Of a DNA stretch of 64,000 nucleotides, positions 8,566 through 17,959 are shown one piece after another (within the stretch, counting starts at the first letter, position 1; each line of letters begins with the position of its first letter). The stretch is from the NCBI GenBank assembly GCA_004297205.1, contig SCUL01000002.1, forward strand, positions 594,893 to 658,892, written 5' to 3'. A program made the translations under genes and the position numbers. The notes beneath the pieces were generated by a model, which worked only from the letters and a program-made list of their open reading frames with translations, was not told the origin of the DNA and did no database searches. The stretch comes from Patescibacteria group bacterium. Lineage in GTDB: Bacteria > Patescibacteriota > Patescibacteriia > 2-12-FULL-57-11.

Positions 8566-9648
8566 TCAGCCCAGGAGATCGGCGACGTGCCGACGGACCC
8601 GGGCGACCTTGTCTTCCCAGCTGGTGTCCTCGACGCAGACGAGGCGCGGATGATCGGCCCAGGCCTCGCGCACGCGCGTGCCGCGCACCACGGCCTCCGC
8701 GTAGGACTCGGCGCGCGCCGGGTTGTTGGTCCGGTCACGCGCGTAGATCTCCGGCGGCGGCGGACAGAGCCAGACGACGGCGTCGTACTGGCCGAACTCG
8801 TGGCCGGTCTGCGACTGCAGGACCTCCATGAGCTCGGACACGCCGCCCTGCAGGTAGGCCGCGTTGTCCATGAGGCCGCGATCCAGGAGCAGCGCCCGCT
8901 TGCCGTCGCGCAGCGCCTGGTCGGCGCTGGCCTCCTCGAAGCTGCGCTGGACACGCGCCACGACGCGCTGGAAGCGCCGCGCGGCGAGCGCCTCCGTCGA
9001 CGGCCGGATCCCGACCTGGGCGATCAGGGTCGTCGCCACCTCCGGCACGCAGTGGACGGCCGCGCCGAACTCCTTCTTGAGCAGCGCCATGAGCGCGCTC
9101 TTGCCGGAGCACGGCCCGCCCGTCAGCACGATCCGCTTCATGGCCGTGGGCAGCAGCTCGCGCACCGGACGCTCGGGAAGGTCCTGCGCCAGATCCCGCA
9201 CCAGGTACGCCAGGTGCAGGTTGGTGAGCGAGTCGGTGACGTCGCGCGCCTTGCCGATCCAGGGCGGCAGGCTGGTCCAGGCCTGCTCGCTGGCCAGCTC
9301 CTTCTCGGCGATGATGAGGCCGGGCAGCGGTGCATCGAAGACGTCCACCGTCCAGCCGTCCTTGGCGTAGCGGGTCTTGTGCAGGACGGCGAAGCAGCTG
9401 CGGAGAAGCGTCTCCGCCGCCTCGACGGACACCGCATGCTCGCATTCTTCGCGCACCAGACCCCTGCCGGCCTTCCGGGTGATGACGGCGTTGCGCGTGC
9501 CCTGCAGGTCGGTGCTGATCCGCACCCGCAGGCTCGTGCCCGGCGGGCTCTCCAGGTAGCCCTGCTCGATCGCCACGCGCGGCGACCGCCGGAAATCCGG
9601 ATCGATCTGCGTGACCACGAAGCGGAACTCGATTTCCACGTTGTCCAT
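8566..9648 (-). CDS. CYTH (CyaB/thiamine-triphosphatase-like) domain fused to a P-loop NTPase/kinase domain (NadR/AAA_28-like)
   Basis: N-terminus EIEFRFVV...YLE (CYTH signature). C-terminus has Walker A LTGGPCSGKSAL and Walker-B-like LLLDRG. Start placed at the second Met (MDNVEIE), which has a GGGGAGGA RBS. Confidence 0.7.
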   Translation of the reverse strand: MDNVEIEFRFVVTQIDPDFRRSPRVAIEQGYLESPPGTSLRVRISTDLQGTRNAVITRKAGRGLVREECEHAVSVEAAETLLRSCFAVLHKTRYAKDGWTVDVFDAPLPGLIIAEKELASEQAWTSLPPWIGKARDVTDSLTNLHLAYLVRDLAQDLPERPVRELLPTAMKRIVLTGGPCSGKSALMALLKKEFGAAVHCVPEVATTLIAQVGIRPSTEALAARRFQRVVARVQRSFEEASADQALRDGKRALLLDRGLMDNAAYLQGGVSELMEVLQSQTGHEFGQYDAVVWLCPPPPEIYARDRTNNPARAESYAEAVVRGTRVREAWADHPRLVCVEDTSWEDKVARVRRHVADLLG

Positions 9649-9651
9649 GAA

Positions 9652-9700
9652 CGGTCCTCCCCGTCGACCGTACCGCGTCCGCCGGAATAAAAAAAGCGCG
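9652..9700 (-). terminator. Putative terminator after the 305-aa gene
   Basis: GC hairpin followed by T7 on the minus strand (plus-strand AAAAAAAGCGCGCTCGGAGAG...). Confidence 0.4.
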
Positions 9701-9868
9701 CTCGGAGAGTGCCTCACGCATCGGCGAACCGATGTGTGGGAACCCCCCGAGCGCGTGGGGATGCCTGCGGTGATCGCCGTCCGGCGATCGGTGCAGGCAT
9801 GTCCTGCCGTACTGCGTGGCAGGACCCGCCGCTTCCCCCGGCGACGGCCGACGCGACCTGCCGTGCGA

Positions 9869-10786
9869 TCAGGCGGAGAAGGCGGCCTGCGCGCCCGCGG
9901 GCAGGGGGTTGCCCTGGCGCGGGTAGGTGCGGATCTCCTTCGTGCCGTTGCTGGCGCGACCGATCGACGAGACGAACTGCTTGTTGGTCGTGTGGCCGAT
10001 GTAGTACTCGCCGTCGCCCTGCTTGGCGGGCCCGACGAGGATGTCGCCCTTCGGGTTGCGCGTGAGCAGCCCGGTGAGGTCGACCTTCTGGTAGCGGAAG
10101 TCCTCGCGCGTCACGACGACCGTGCCGCTCTCGAGGTCCGTCTTCGAGAGGAACGCGAGGTTCGCCCCGAAGTCGGCCTTCTCGGTCCAGCGGTTCTCCG
10201 GCAGGATGCGGCCCTTCTCGTCCACCGGCGTGAAGACCATGCGGTTGCCGAGCGTCCCGATCGCGCCGACCGAGCCGAGGAGCCGGATGTTCCGGATGTC
10301 CCACTCGCGGCCGGCGCTGATCTTGTGCATGCCCTCCGTCGTGCCGATGAAGCTCTCGACCGGCTTGTGGCCGTGCCGGAGCGCCAGCGCCGTGCAGCCG
10401 TACTTGCCGGCCGTGCGGTGCGCGTCCGCGACCATGAAGAGCATCGACTGCACGCACCCGAGGAGCTTGGTCAGCGGGTGTCCCTTCCCGAGCGCGCTGC
10501 CCGCGAGGATGTGCTCGAGACCGCTCTCGACGGCGAGGTGGAGCTTGCCCCCGTCGGTCTCCATCCACGCCACCTCGAGGAAGTTGCCGATCTCCTCGTC
10601 CGCGACCGGATCGTGGGAGGCCTCGTCCGCGACCTCGCCCCACCGCAGGAAGACCTGCTCGCCGTCCGGCGCGATCGCCAGCTGGCGGAGGTTCCCCGCG
10701 GTCACCTGCTTCTGCATGATGAGCGCGATCGCCTCGGAGATGGCCACGGTGCGGGCCTGGGTGTTCGACTTCTGGTAATGATGCAT
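9869..10786 (-). CDS. Hypothetical 305-aa cytoplasmic protein, no recognisable family
   Basis: Only frame in this region with a normal amino-acid composition (the other frames are Arg/Gly/Pro-rich artefacts). GGAGG RBS 9 nt upstream of the ATG. Preceded by a ~460-nt non-coding leader. Confidence 0.65.
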   Translation of the reverse strand: MHHYQKSNTQARTVAISEAIALIMQKQVTAGNLRQLAIAPDGEQVFLRWGEVADEASHDPVADEEIGNFLEVAWMETDGGKLHLAVESGLEHILAGSALGKGHPLTKLLGCVQSMLFMVADAHRTAGKYGCTALALRHGHKPVESFIGTTEGMHKISAGREWDIRNIRLLGSVGAIGTLGNRMVFTPVDEKGRILPENRWTEKADFGANLAFLSKTDLESGTVVVTREDFRYQKVDLTGLLTRNPKGDILVGPAKQGDGEYYIGHTTNKQFVSSIGRASNGTKEIRTYPRQGNPLPAGAQAAFSA

Positions 10787-11308
10787 CGTTCTTCGCCTCC
10801 GAACTCCCCGTGGGGAGGGTCATTGTCCCGTCGTCCGCAGACGGCGCCCCCCATGGGCAACCGGTGCTTTGGTACGGGTTCCCCCGAGCGCTGACCGGGC
10901 GCCGGAGTCGGGTATTGGTGCGGCAGCTCCGTGGGGAGATGCCGAGGCAGACGACCCAGGGCGCCCACCTTTTCAGGCCGGAAGTAGCCCCTTGGTTCCC
11001 CCGCCTTGGCGGGGGATGGTTGGACGAATGCCGTCGTCCCCGGTACAGCACCGAGCCCGTTTTCGACCCGGCAGCGGCGGCCTTCCCTGGAAAGCGGCTC
11101 CTGCCGGGCCGCAGTGGCCCGGAGTTCCTGCCGGAATCCAGCAAGAACGGTGACGATGTGGAAAGAGCGAAATCAAAAGGCCCCTTGCAGGGCGGACAAG
11201 AGCATATCGTCTGATGCCGGGAGCGTCAAGCGTCGAATGGGGATAATCCGAGGGGCTTGACAGAACGACGAAAAAAGGACAAAGGTGGTGCAGCCGCGGA
11301 GGTGCGGT

Positions 11309-11740
11309 ATGGAAAAAAGTTCGGACCAGGATGGTCCGCCGACACGCAGAGAGCGGCCGGAGCGTCCGTCGACCAAGCTCCTCTTCCCCAGGGTGTTGGT
11401 GGTGGGGACGGAATCGCATCTGCGCAGCAAGATCCTGGGACTGCTGCAGGCGCGCGGCTTCAAGGCCGAGGCGCTCGACAGCGGCATCGGCGCGATGGAG
11501 GCGATCTCACGGGAATCGTACAACACGGTGGTCGTCCTCGATCTGATCGACGCCATGAGTCAGGAAGCGGTCATTCGCCTGCTGCGCGGCAACGCGCGCA
11601 CCAAGGATCTCGGCATCATCGCCTTCGTGGATCCGCGGGCAGAACCGCCGGAGGGCGTCGACACGACCTTCGGCAAGGGGACGCTTTCCAACCTCACGGA
11701 CGTCATCGCGGACGTCTGCGAGGCGCGCGCGGGGCGCTGA
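11309..11740 (+). CDS. Stand-alone receiver-like (CheY-fold) protein with a degenerate acidic pocket (pseudo-receiver)
   Basis: LVVGTE replaces the canonical LVVDDE; a putative phospho-Asp is retained in VVVLDLID. GGAGG RBS 6 nt upstream of the ATG at 11309. Confidence 0.6.
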   Translation: MEKSSDQDGPPTRRERPERPSTKLLFPRVLVVGTESHLRSKILGLLQARGFKAEALDSGIGAMEAISRESYNTVVVLDLIDAMSQEAVIRLLRGNARTKDLGIIAFVDPRAEPPEGVDTTFGKGTLSNLTDVIADVCEARAGR

Positions 11741-11760
11741 TCTGCCCCACAAACGCGAAC

Positions 11761-11800
11761 GCGCCGCCCCCCCCGGGGACGGCGCATCTTTTTTTCTTTT
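11761..11800 (+). terminator. Intrinsic terminator after the receiver gene
   Basis: Hairpin GCGCCGCCCCC-CCG-GGGACGGCGC followed by a T-run. Confidence 0.6.
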
Positions 11801-11801
11801 T

Positions 11802-11876
11802 TGGAGGCCACGGCCGGAATCGAACCGGCGAATGAGGGTTTTGCAGACCCTCGCCTTCCCACTTGGCTACGTGGCC
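11802..11876 (-). tRNA. tRNA-Cys (anticodon GCA)
   Basis: Minus-strand cloverleaf GGCCACGTAGCCAAGTGGGAAGGC...CTGCAAA...GGTTCGATTCCGGCCGTGGCCTCCA. Confidence 0.8.
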
Positions 11877-11955
11877 GGGCTCGCGCAAGATGCGCGCACT
11901 GTAGCAGCCGTCCTGCTATAATTCAAGCCTCTTTCCTCCGTATTTCCCCAGGAAC

Positions 11956-14874
11956 ATGCCCATTCCCTACCTAAAAACCCCAAAGAACCTGCACACCCTG
12001 GCACCCAAGGCCGGCCGCATCGCCGGAAAGGGCTTGGCGCGCCTGCGTGCCGGCCTTTCCAGCGTCTTCGCCCGGGTCCGCACCTTTTTGCGCAACAGCA
12101 AGAACCGCGGGCGCATGGCGAGCTGGGGCGCGAACCTGCTGTTGGGCGGCGTGCTCATCACGGTCGTGGCTGGTGTCTCCGGTGCCATTCTCGTGGCCTG
12201 GCTGGCCGCGACCTTGGGCGATCCGGCCAAGATCCTGGAAAGCCATCAAGTGCAGTCCACGAAGATCTACGACCGCACCGGCCAGACGGTCCTCTACGAG
12301 GTGGCGGCGGATGAGCGCCGCACGGTGGTGGCGCTGGCCGACATCCCGCAGCACGTCCGCGAGGCGACGATCGCCATCGAGGACCGCAAATTCTACGAAC
12401 ACAAGGGGCTGCGCATCACCTCGCTCGTCCGCGCGGTGCTGACCGACATCTTCTCACGCAAGCTGGCGCAAGGCGGCTCGACCATCACGCAGCAACTCGT
12501 CAAAAACGCCATTCTCACCAACGAAAAACGCATCACCCGCAAGATCAAGGAAATCGTCCTGTCCTGGCAGATCGAACGCAAACTCACCAAGGACCAGATC
12601 CTCGAGTTGTACTTCAACGAGATTCCCTACGGCGGCGTGACCTACGGCATCGAGGCGGCCAGCCGGCAGTTCTTCGGCAAGTCGGTGCGCGACCTGGACC
12701 TGGCCGAGGCGGCCATGCTCGCCGCCATTCCGCAGTCGCCGACGCGGTACTCCCCCTACGGCAACCACACCGACGAGTTGGAAAACCGCCGCAAACTGGT
12801 GCTCCAAAAGATGGTGGACGAAGGGTACGTCACGCAAGACCAGGCCGAGGCGGCCAAGGCCACGGACGTATTGGCCCGCATCAAGCCGCGGCGCGATGCC
12901 ATCACCGCGCCGCACTTCGTGATCTGGGTGCGGGAACTGCTCAGCGAAAAATACGGCGACACGCTGCTCACCAAGGGCGGCCTCAAGGTCATCACCACGC
13001 TCGACCTCGACAAGCAGCGCCTGGCCGAAGAGGCCGTGACGGACGGCATCGCCGGCGTGGAGAGGTCCGGTGGCTCCAACGCCGGGCTCGTGTCCATCGA
13101 CCCGCGCTCGGGCGAAGTGCTGACCATGGTCGGTTCGCGCGATTACTTCGACGAGGAACATGACGGCGCCGTGAACATCACGCTGCGTCCGCTGCAGCCG
13201 GGTTCGTCGTTCAAGCCGGTCGTCTACACCGCCGGCTTCTTGAAGGGCTACACGCCGGACACGGTGCTCTACGACGTGAACACCACCTTCCGCACCGACA
13301 CGCGCAACTACGAGCCAAAAAACTACGATCTCAAGGAACACGGCCCGGTCACGGTGCGCACGGCGCTCCAGGGTTCCCTGAACATCCCGGCCGTGAAGAT
13401 GCTCTACCTCACGGGCATCGACCGCGTGCTCGACCTGGCCGAAGCGCTCGGCTACACCACGCTCGGCGACCGCAGCCGCTTCGGCCTGGCGCTCGTCTTG
13501 GGCGGCGCGGAAGTGAAACCGATCGAGCACGCCGCGGCCTTCGGCGTGTTCACCAATGATGGCGTCCGCATGCCGATGACCGCCATCCTCAAAGTCGAAG
13601 ACGCCTCCGGCCGCGTGCTCGAAGAATGGAAAAAGGGGGAAGGGACGCGCGTCTTGGACGAGCAGTTCGCCCGCCAAATCACCAACATCACCTCCGACAA
13701 CGAGGCCCGCGCCTACGTCTTCGGCGCCCGCAACTACCTGACCTTGCCGGGCCGCCCGGCGGCCACCAAAACCGGCACGACCAACGACTTCCGGGATGCC
13801 TGGACCGTCGGCGGCACGCCGTCGCTCGTGACCGCCGTCTGGACCGGCAACAACGACCACAGCGAAATGCATCGCGGCGCCGACGGCTCCAAGATCGCCG
13901 CGCCGATCTGGCAGCAATACATGAGCGAGGCGCTCAAAGGGACGCCGGTCGAAAACTTCCAGGCGCCTGCGCCGGTCAAAACCGGCAAGCCGATTCTGGA
14001 CGGCGAGCTGATGCCGAAGACGACCGTCATGATCGACCGGGCCTCGGGGCTGCTCGCGACGTCCTCGACGCCGGACAGCATGATCGAGATCCGCGAGTAC
14101 ACCACGGTCCACGATACGCTCTTCTGGGTGGATCGCGACGATCCCCGCGGTCCGCCGCCGTCGAACCCGGCCAACGACCCGCAGTACACGTCCTGGGAGG
14201 CCTCCGTGCAGGCCTGGGCCACGAAGCAGGAGGGGCTTGTCCTCGAGGCGCCGCCCACCGAATACACTACGGTGCGCGACCCCTCGACCTTCCCGCGCGT
14301 CCAGCTGCTCTCGCCGGCGGAGAACGCGACGCTTGCGACCCGCGACTTCACGGTGTCACTCGACATCAGTGCGCCGCGCGGTCCGGTGCGGGCTGTGGCG
14401 CTCCTGGACGGCCAGGTCATCGGCTCGTCGTCCGTCTATCCGTTCGCCGGTCCGTACACGATCCCGAATCGTTTCGGCAAAGGCTTCCACACGCTCGAGA
14501 TCCAAATCTTCGATGATGTCGACAACATGGGCTCCGACCAGTCGACGATCAATCTGACGGCCGACCCGGCACCGCTCGGCGCCAGCTGGATCGTGCCGAC
14601 CCAGAGCGCACGCATTCCGCTCTCCGAGTTCCCGGTCAGCCTGCGCGCGGCGCTGAATGATGATTCCGGCGTGCGCTCCCTCGAATTCCTGGCCACGGAC
14701 ATCGAGGGGGGCGAGACGCGCTCCCTCGGCTCGGTCTCGAATCCCGGCACGCGCCCGGTCGTGGCCCGCTGGGACAGACCCGCCCCCGGCAGCTACCGTC
14801 TCTGGCTCAGGGTGATGCTCGAAGACGGCCAGCAGGAAACCATCCGCGACGAACGCCAAGTCGTCGTGGAATAA
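11956..14874 (+). CDS. Class A penicillin-binding protein 1A (transglycosylase + transpeptidase) with a long C-terminal extension
   Basis: GT51 motifs EDRKFYEHKG and GGSTITQQ. Transpeptidase motifs SSFKP and KTGTTND. An alternative start exists at 12115 (MASWGANLL). Confidence 0.9.
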   Translation: MPIPYLKTPKNLHTLAPKAGRIAGKGLARLRAGLSSVFARVRTFLRNSKNRGRMASWGANLLLGGVLITVVAGVSGAILVAWLAATLGDPAKILESHQVQSTKIYDRTGQTVLYEVAADERRTVVALADIPQHVREATIAIEDRKFYEHKGLRITSLVRAVLTDIFSRKLAQGGSTITQQLVKNAILTNEKRITRKIKEIVLSWQIERKLTKDQILELYFNEIPYGGVTYGIEAASRQFFGKSVRDLDLAEAAMLAAIPQSPTRYSPYGNHTDELENRRKLVLQKMVDEGYVTQDQAEAAKATDVLARIKPRRDAITAPHFVIWVRELLSEKYGDTLLTKGGLKVITTLDLDKQRLAEEAVTDGIAGVERSGGSNAGLVSIDPRSGEVLTMVGSRDYFDEEHDGAVNITLRPLQPGSSFKPVVYTAGFLKGYTPDTVLYDVNTTFRTDTRNYEPKNYDLKEHGPVTVRTALQGSLNIPAVKMLYLTGIDRVLDLAEALGYTTLGDRSRFGLALVLGGAEVKPIEHAAAFGVFTNDGVRMPMTAILKVEDASGRVLEEWKKGEGTRVLDEQFARQITNITSDNEARAYVFGARNYLTLPGRPAATKTGTTNDFRDAWTVGGTPSLVTAVWTGNNDHSEMHRGADGSKIAAPIWQQYMSEALKGTPVENFQAPAPVKTGKPILDGELMPKTTVMIDRASGLLATSSTPDSMIEIREYTTVHDTLFWVDRDDPRGPPPSNPANDPQYTSWEASVQAWATKQEGLVLEAPPTEYTTVRDPSTFPRVQLLSPAENATLATRDFTVSLDISAPRGPVRAVALLDGQVIGSSSVYPFAGPYTIPNRFGKGFHTLEIQIFDDVDNMGSDQSTINLTADPAPLGASWIVPTQSARIPLSEFPVSLRAALNDDSGVRSLEFLATDIEGGETRSLGSVSNPGTRPVVARWDRPAPGSYRLWLRVMLEDGQQETIRDERQVVVE

Positions 14875-14900
14875 AAAAGAGAGCCGACCCGCGAACGGTC

Positions 14901-15101
14901 TCAGAGACCGTGCTGATCGGCGATCTGCTTGATCGTCTGCAGGGAGACCTTCCGCTCCTGCGAGACGGCATCGAGCGCCTGCTCGCGCGTCTTCCCCTGC
15001 GCCATGAACGCCTTGATGCGTTCCACGATGGCGGCCTCCGCGATGTCGCCGGTGCGAACACCGCGGGTGCCCTTGAACCGGCTGTCCTTTTTCACGGTCA
15101 T
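14901..15101 (-). CDS. Small hypothetical protein (66 aa)
   Basis: ORF with a GGAGGAACC RBS upstream of MTVKKDSRFKG. Confidence 0.45.
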   Translation of the reverse strand: MTVKKDSRFKGTRGVRTGDIAEAAIVERIKAFMAQGKTREQALDAVSQERKVSLQTIKQIADQHGL

Positions 15102-15177
15102 GGTTCCTCCGCCGTTGTTGTGCAGCATTTTTCCCAAATAGTCAAGACCCGCCTCATGGGCGGGTCTTTTCTGTTCG

Positions 15178-16323
15178 CTACACCTTGATGGGCATCACCA
15201 GGTACAGGTAGTCGGCGGTAGCGGCCTGCGGCGTAATCAGGCAGGGCGCGTTGGCGTCGATCACCTGGAGCTTCACTTCAGACAGGTCCATGGCGTTCAA
15301 CCCATCGAGCAGATAGCGGTAGTTGAGGGTGATGGTGTTCTGGTCGCCCTTGATCTCCGTGGGCGTCAGGACTGCCTCCTGCTCGCCGACCTGGCTGTCG
15401 GTAGCGGAGAGCTTGAGCGTGCCTTCGGAGGGTTCATAGGTGAAATGGACGTCGTACAGGCCGGTCCGGGAGAAGAGCGCCGCCGCCTTCACGGCTTTGA
15501 TGAGCTGGTCGCGGCTGAGCACGGCAAAGGTCCGCGCCTTGTCCGGGATGACCGCCCGGTATTCCGGATAGTTCCCCTCGATGGTGCGCGAGACCACCTC
15601 GACCGCGTCGTAGACGAACAGAATCTGCGAGTCGGACAGCGCGATCTCGAGGGTGGCCGGGCTGTCCGGACCGTCCTTGAGCGAGGACAAGATGCGCTGG
15701 ACTTCGGCCAAGGTCCGGGCCGGAACGATGACCGAGCGCTCGCCGGCCGGTTTCCCGCCTTCGTGGAGCGCCACGCGGGCCTCGGACAGGCGGTAGGAGT
15801 CGGTCGCGGCAAAGATCAGCGTCCCGTTCGGACCGTCCGGCGAGAAGCGGAGCAAAACGCCGGAAATCTCAGGGCGCGACTCGTTCGGGGAGACGGCGAA
15901 GATGACGCGCGAGACCGCCCGGCGAAAATCGGAGACCAGCACCCGGAACGAGGAATCGCGGGACACCTTGGGGATGAGCGGAAATTCAGAGGAGGGCAGC
16001 CCTTTGATCTTGGTGCGGCTGGATCCCGACGAGACGGTGGCGGTTTCGCCGTCGGCGGTCAGGTCGACCCGGTCGCCGGTAAGCAATCCCACGTAGTCGG
16101 CCAAGAGGCGCGAGGGCAGCGTGCATTCGCCGGGCTCGTCGACCTTGCCGCGCACCTGGACGGTCACGGCGATCTCCAAGTTGGTCGTCGCCAGCTGGAT
16201 CGATTTGTCCTCGACCTTGATCAAGACGTTATTCAAGATCGGTAGGTTCACGTTCTTCGTGGCGATGTGGCTGACGGCCGCCAGGCCCTGGATCAAATTT
16301 TCCTGTGTGCACGAGAATTTCAT
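15178..16323 (-). CDS. dnaN: DNA polymerase III beta sliding clamp
   Basis: 381 aa with the beta-clamp three-domain pattern; immediately downstream of dnaA. Confidence 0.95.
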   Translation of the reverse strand: MKFSCTQENLIQGLAAVSHIATKNVNLPILNNVLIKVEDKSIQLATTNLEIAVTVQVRGKVDEPGECTLPSRLLADYVGLLTGDRVDLTADGETATVSSGSSRTKIKGLPSSEFPLIPKVSRDSSFRVLVSDFRRAVSRVIFAVSPNESRPEISGVLLRFSPDGPNGTLIFAATDSYRLSEARVALHEGGKPAGERSVIVPARTLAEVQRILSSLKDGPDSPATLEIALSDSQILFVYDAVEVVSRTIEGNYPEYRAVIPDKARTFAVLSRDQLIKAVKAAALFSRTGLYDVHFTYEPSEGTLKLSATDSQVGEQEAVLTPTEIKGDQNTITLNYRYLLDGLNAMDLSEVKLQVIDANAPCLITPQAATADYLYLVMPIKV

Positions 16324-16555
16324 GTGGATCGGTATATATATCCAATAGACGTAATCGGCGTGGGGATACCGGGGATAACCCCGAAATTTGCCGACATGTC
16401 CTCACGATTCATGAACAAGCCCTTGGGGACGACGACCTGCACGGACTGTCGACGGACAGGGGACCGCCGTTTCCGAGCTGCCGCGCCTGGGGATGACGGT
16501 CCTCCTTATCCCCATCGCCATCCTCGGGTGCGCAGCTCTTTTCCCCAACCTGTCC
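16324..16555. promoter_or_regulatory. oriC: oriC-like dnaA-dnaN spacer: AT-rich DUE candidate plus DnaA-box-like repeats
   Basis: GTATATATATCC AT tract. Four 9-mers of the form TGGGGAT(A/G)(A/C): TGGGGATAC, GGGGATAAC, TGGGGATGA, and TTATCCCCA in reverse complement. TGTGGATCG overlaps the dnaN start. Confidence 0.55.
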
Positions 16556-17959
16556 TCACGCCGCGTGGTAGACGCGCTCCTTGAGGAGGGACAAATCTTG
16601 TCGCAGCTTCTCATCCTTCTCGACCATCAGGCCGATCTTCGTACAGGCGTGGATGGCGGTGGTGTGGTCGCGGCCGCCGATCTCGGAACCGATGGCCGGG
16701 AATGAGGCTTTCATCTCTTCGCGCATCAGGAACATCAGGACCTGGCGGGGGAAGGCCAGCTTCTTTTCGCGGCTCTTGCCGAGCAGGTCATCGATCTTCA
16801 GGTCGTAGTAGGCGGCGACGGTGGCGATCAGCTGGCGCGCCGTGATCGTTTTTTTGGCTGGGTTGACGGAATAGCTGGAGATGATGTTTTTCACTGTCTC
16901 GACCGTCGGCGGAATGTTCTTGAACTGGTGGTAGGCGTGGATCTTGTTGAGGGCGCCTTCGAGCTCGCGGACGTTCGAGGTCACCCCGGCGGCGATCGTC
17001 GTCAGGATGTCGTCCGAGAGGTGCACGCCCTTCTCCTGGCACTTGGAGCGCAGAATGGCGATGCGGGTTTCGAGGTCCGGCGGGCTGACGTCGATGACCA
17101 TGCCCATCTCGAGCCGGCTCACCAGCCGCTCTTGAATGGTGGGGATGCTCTTGGGCGGACGGTCCGAGGACAGCACCACCTGGCGGTTCTCCTGGTGGAG
17201 GGCGTTGAAGGTGTGGAAGAACTCCTCCTGAGTGGATTCTTTGTTGGCCAGGAATTGGATGTCATCGACGATCAGGAGATCCACGGTCCGGTAGCGGTCC
17301 TTGAACTCCTTGGCCAAACCGGCGCGGACCGCGGCGATGTAGTCATTCGTAAACTGCTCGCTGGAGACGTAGAGCACCCGTGCGCCGGGGTTCTTTTCCA
17401 GCATTTTGTTGCCGATGGCCTGCAGCAGGTGGGTTTTGCCGAGTCCGACGCCGCCGTGCAGGTAGAGCGGGTTGTATTTTCGCCCCGGCGCGTCGGCCAC
17501 GGCCTGGGCCGCGGCGTGCGCCAGCTCGTTTCCTTTGCCGACGACGAAGCTCTCAAAGGTGTAGTGGCGGCGGAAGCCGCGCTCACCGGCCGGCTCCGTC
17601 TCCATGGCCTGCGGCATCTCGGGCATGGCCGGGACGTCGGTCACGGCGACGGCCTGCGAGACCGTTATCGCGGCCTGGGTGCGCATCGGCTCGCCCGCGC
17701 TGCGCGTCTCGACGCGGTACTGCACGTCGCGGATCGGGGCATTCAAAATGTTCTGGAGCGCTTTCAGGATTGCTGAGTGGTACTTCTTTTCAAGCCAGGC
17801 CTTCGTGAAGGCGTTGGGGACCGAGATCGTGATCCGCGCTTCCTCCATCTCCGAGATGAAGGTGCTCTTGAACCAGGTTGTGAAATTGGCCTTGGACAGG
17901 GCGAGTTCCAACTCCCCGAGCGCCGCCTGCCAGAGTTGTTGCGGGGTCATGGACGTCAT
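16556..17959 (-). CDS. dnaA: Chromosomal replication initiator DnaA
   Basis: AAA+ Walker A GGVGLGKTHLL, sensor motifs, and the C-terminal DNA-binding domain (LIATVAAYYDLKIDDLLGKSREK). Confidence 0.97.
   Translation of the reverse strand: MTSMTPQQLWQAALGELELALSKANFTTWFKSTFISEMEEARITISVPNAFTKAWLEKKYHSAILKALQNILNAPIRDVQYRVETRSAGEPMRTQAAITVSQAVAVTDVPAMPEMPQAMETEPAGERGFRRHYTFESFVVGKGNELAHAAAQAVADAPGRKYNPLYLHGGVGLGKTHLLQAIGNKMLEKNPGARVLYVSSEQFTNDYIAAVRAGLAKEFKDRYRTVDLLIVDDIQFLANKESTQEEFFHTFNALHQENRQVVLSSDRPPKSIPTIQERLVSRLEMGMVIDVSPPDLETRIAILRSKCQEKGVHLSDDILTTIAAGVTSNVRELEGALNKIHAYHQFKNIPPTVETVKNIISSYSVNPAKKTITARQLIATVAAYYDLKIDDLLGKSREKKLAFPRQVLMFLMREEMKASFPAIGSEIGGRDHTTAIHACTKIGLMVEKDEKLRQDLSLLKERVYHAA

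Noticed and set aside
9611-11144. Very long ORFs on both strands (427 aa on the plus strand and 476 aa on the minus strand; also 5851..7914, 8020..9690, 35986..38202, 23139..24527, 20904..22289, 57070..58575)
   Set aside because: Their translations are Arg/Gly/Ala/Pro-rich with no motifs. They run antisense or out of frame to strongly supported genes (polA, pnp, hppA, tig and others). This is the usual open-frame artefact of ~65% GC DNA.
10787-11250. Cobalamin riboswitch in the leader of the 305-aa gene
   Set aside because: A B12-box-like GCCACTG and an AGGGAAGG element occur, but in the reverse order relative to the AdoCbl riboswitch. No confident match could be made; it is left as an unclassified structured leader.
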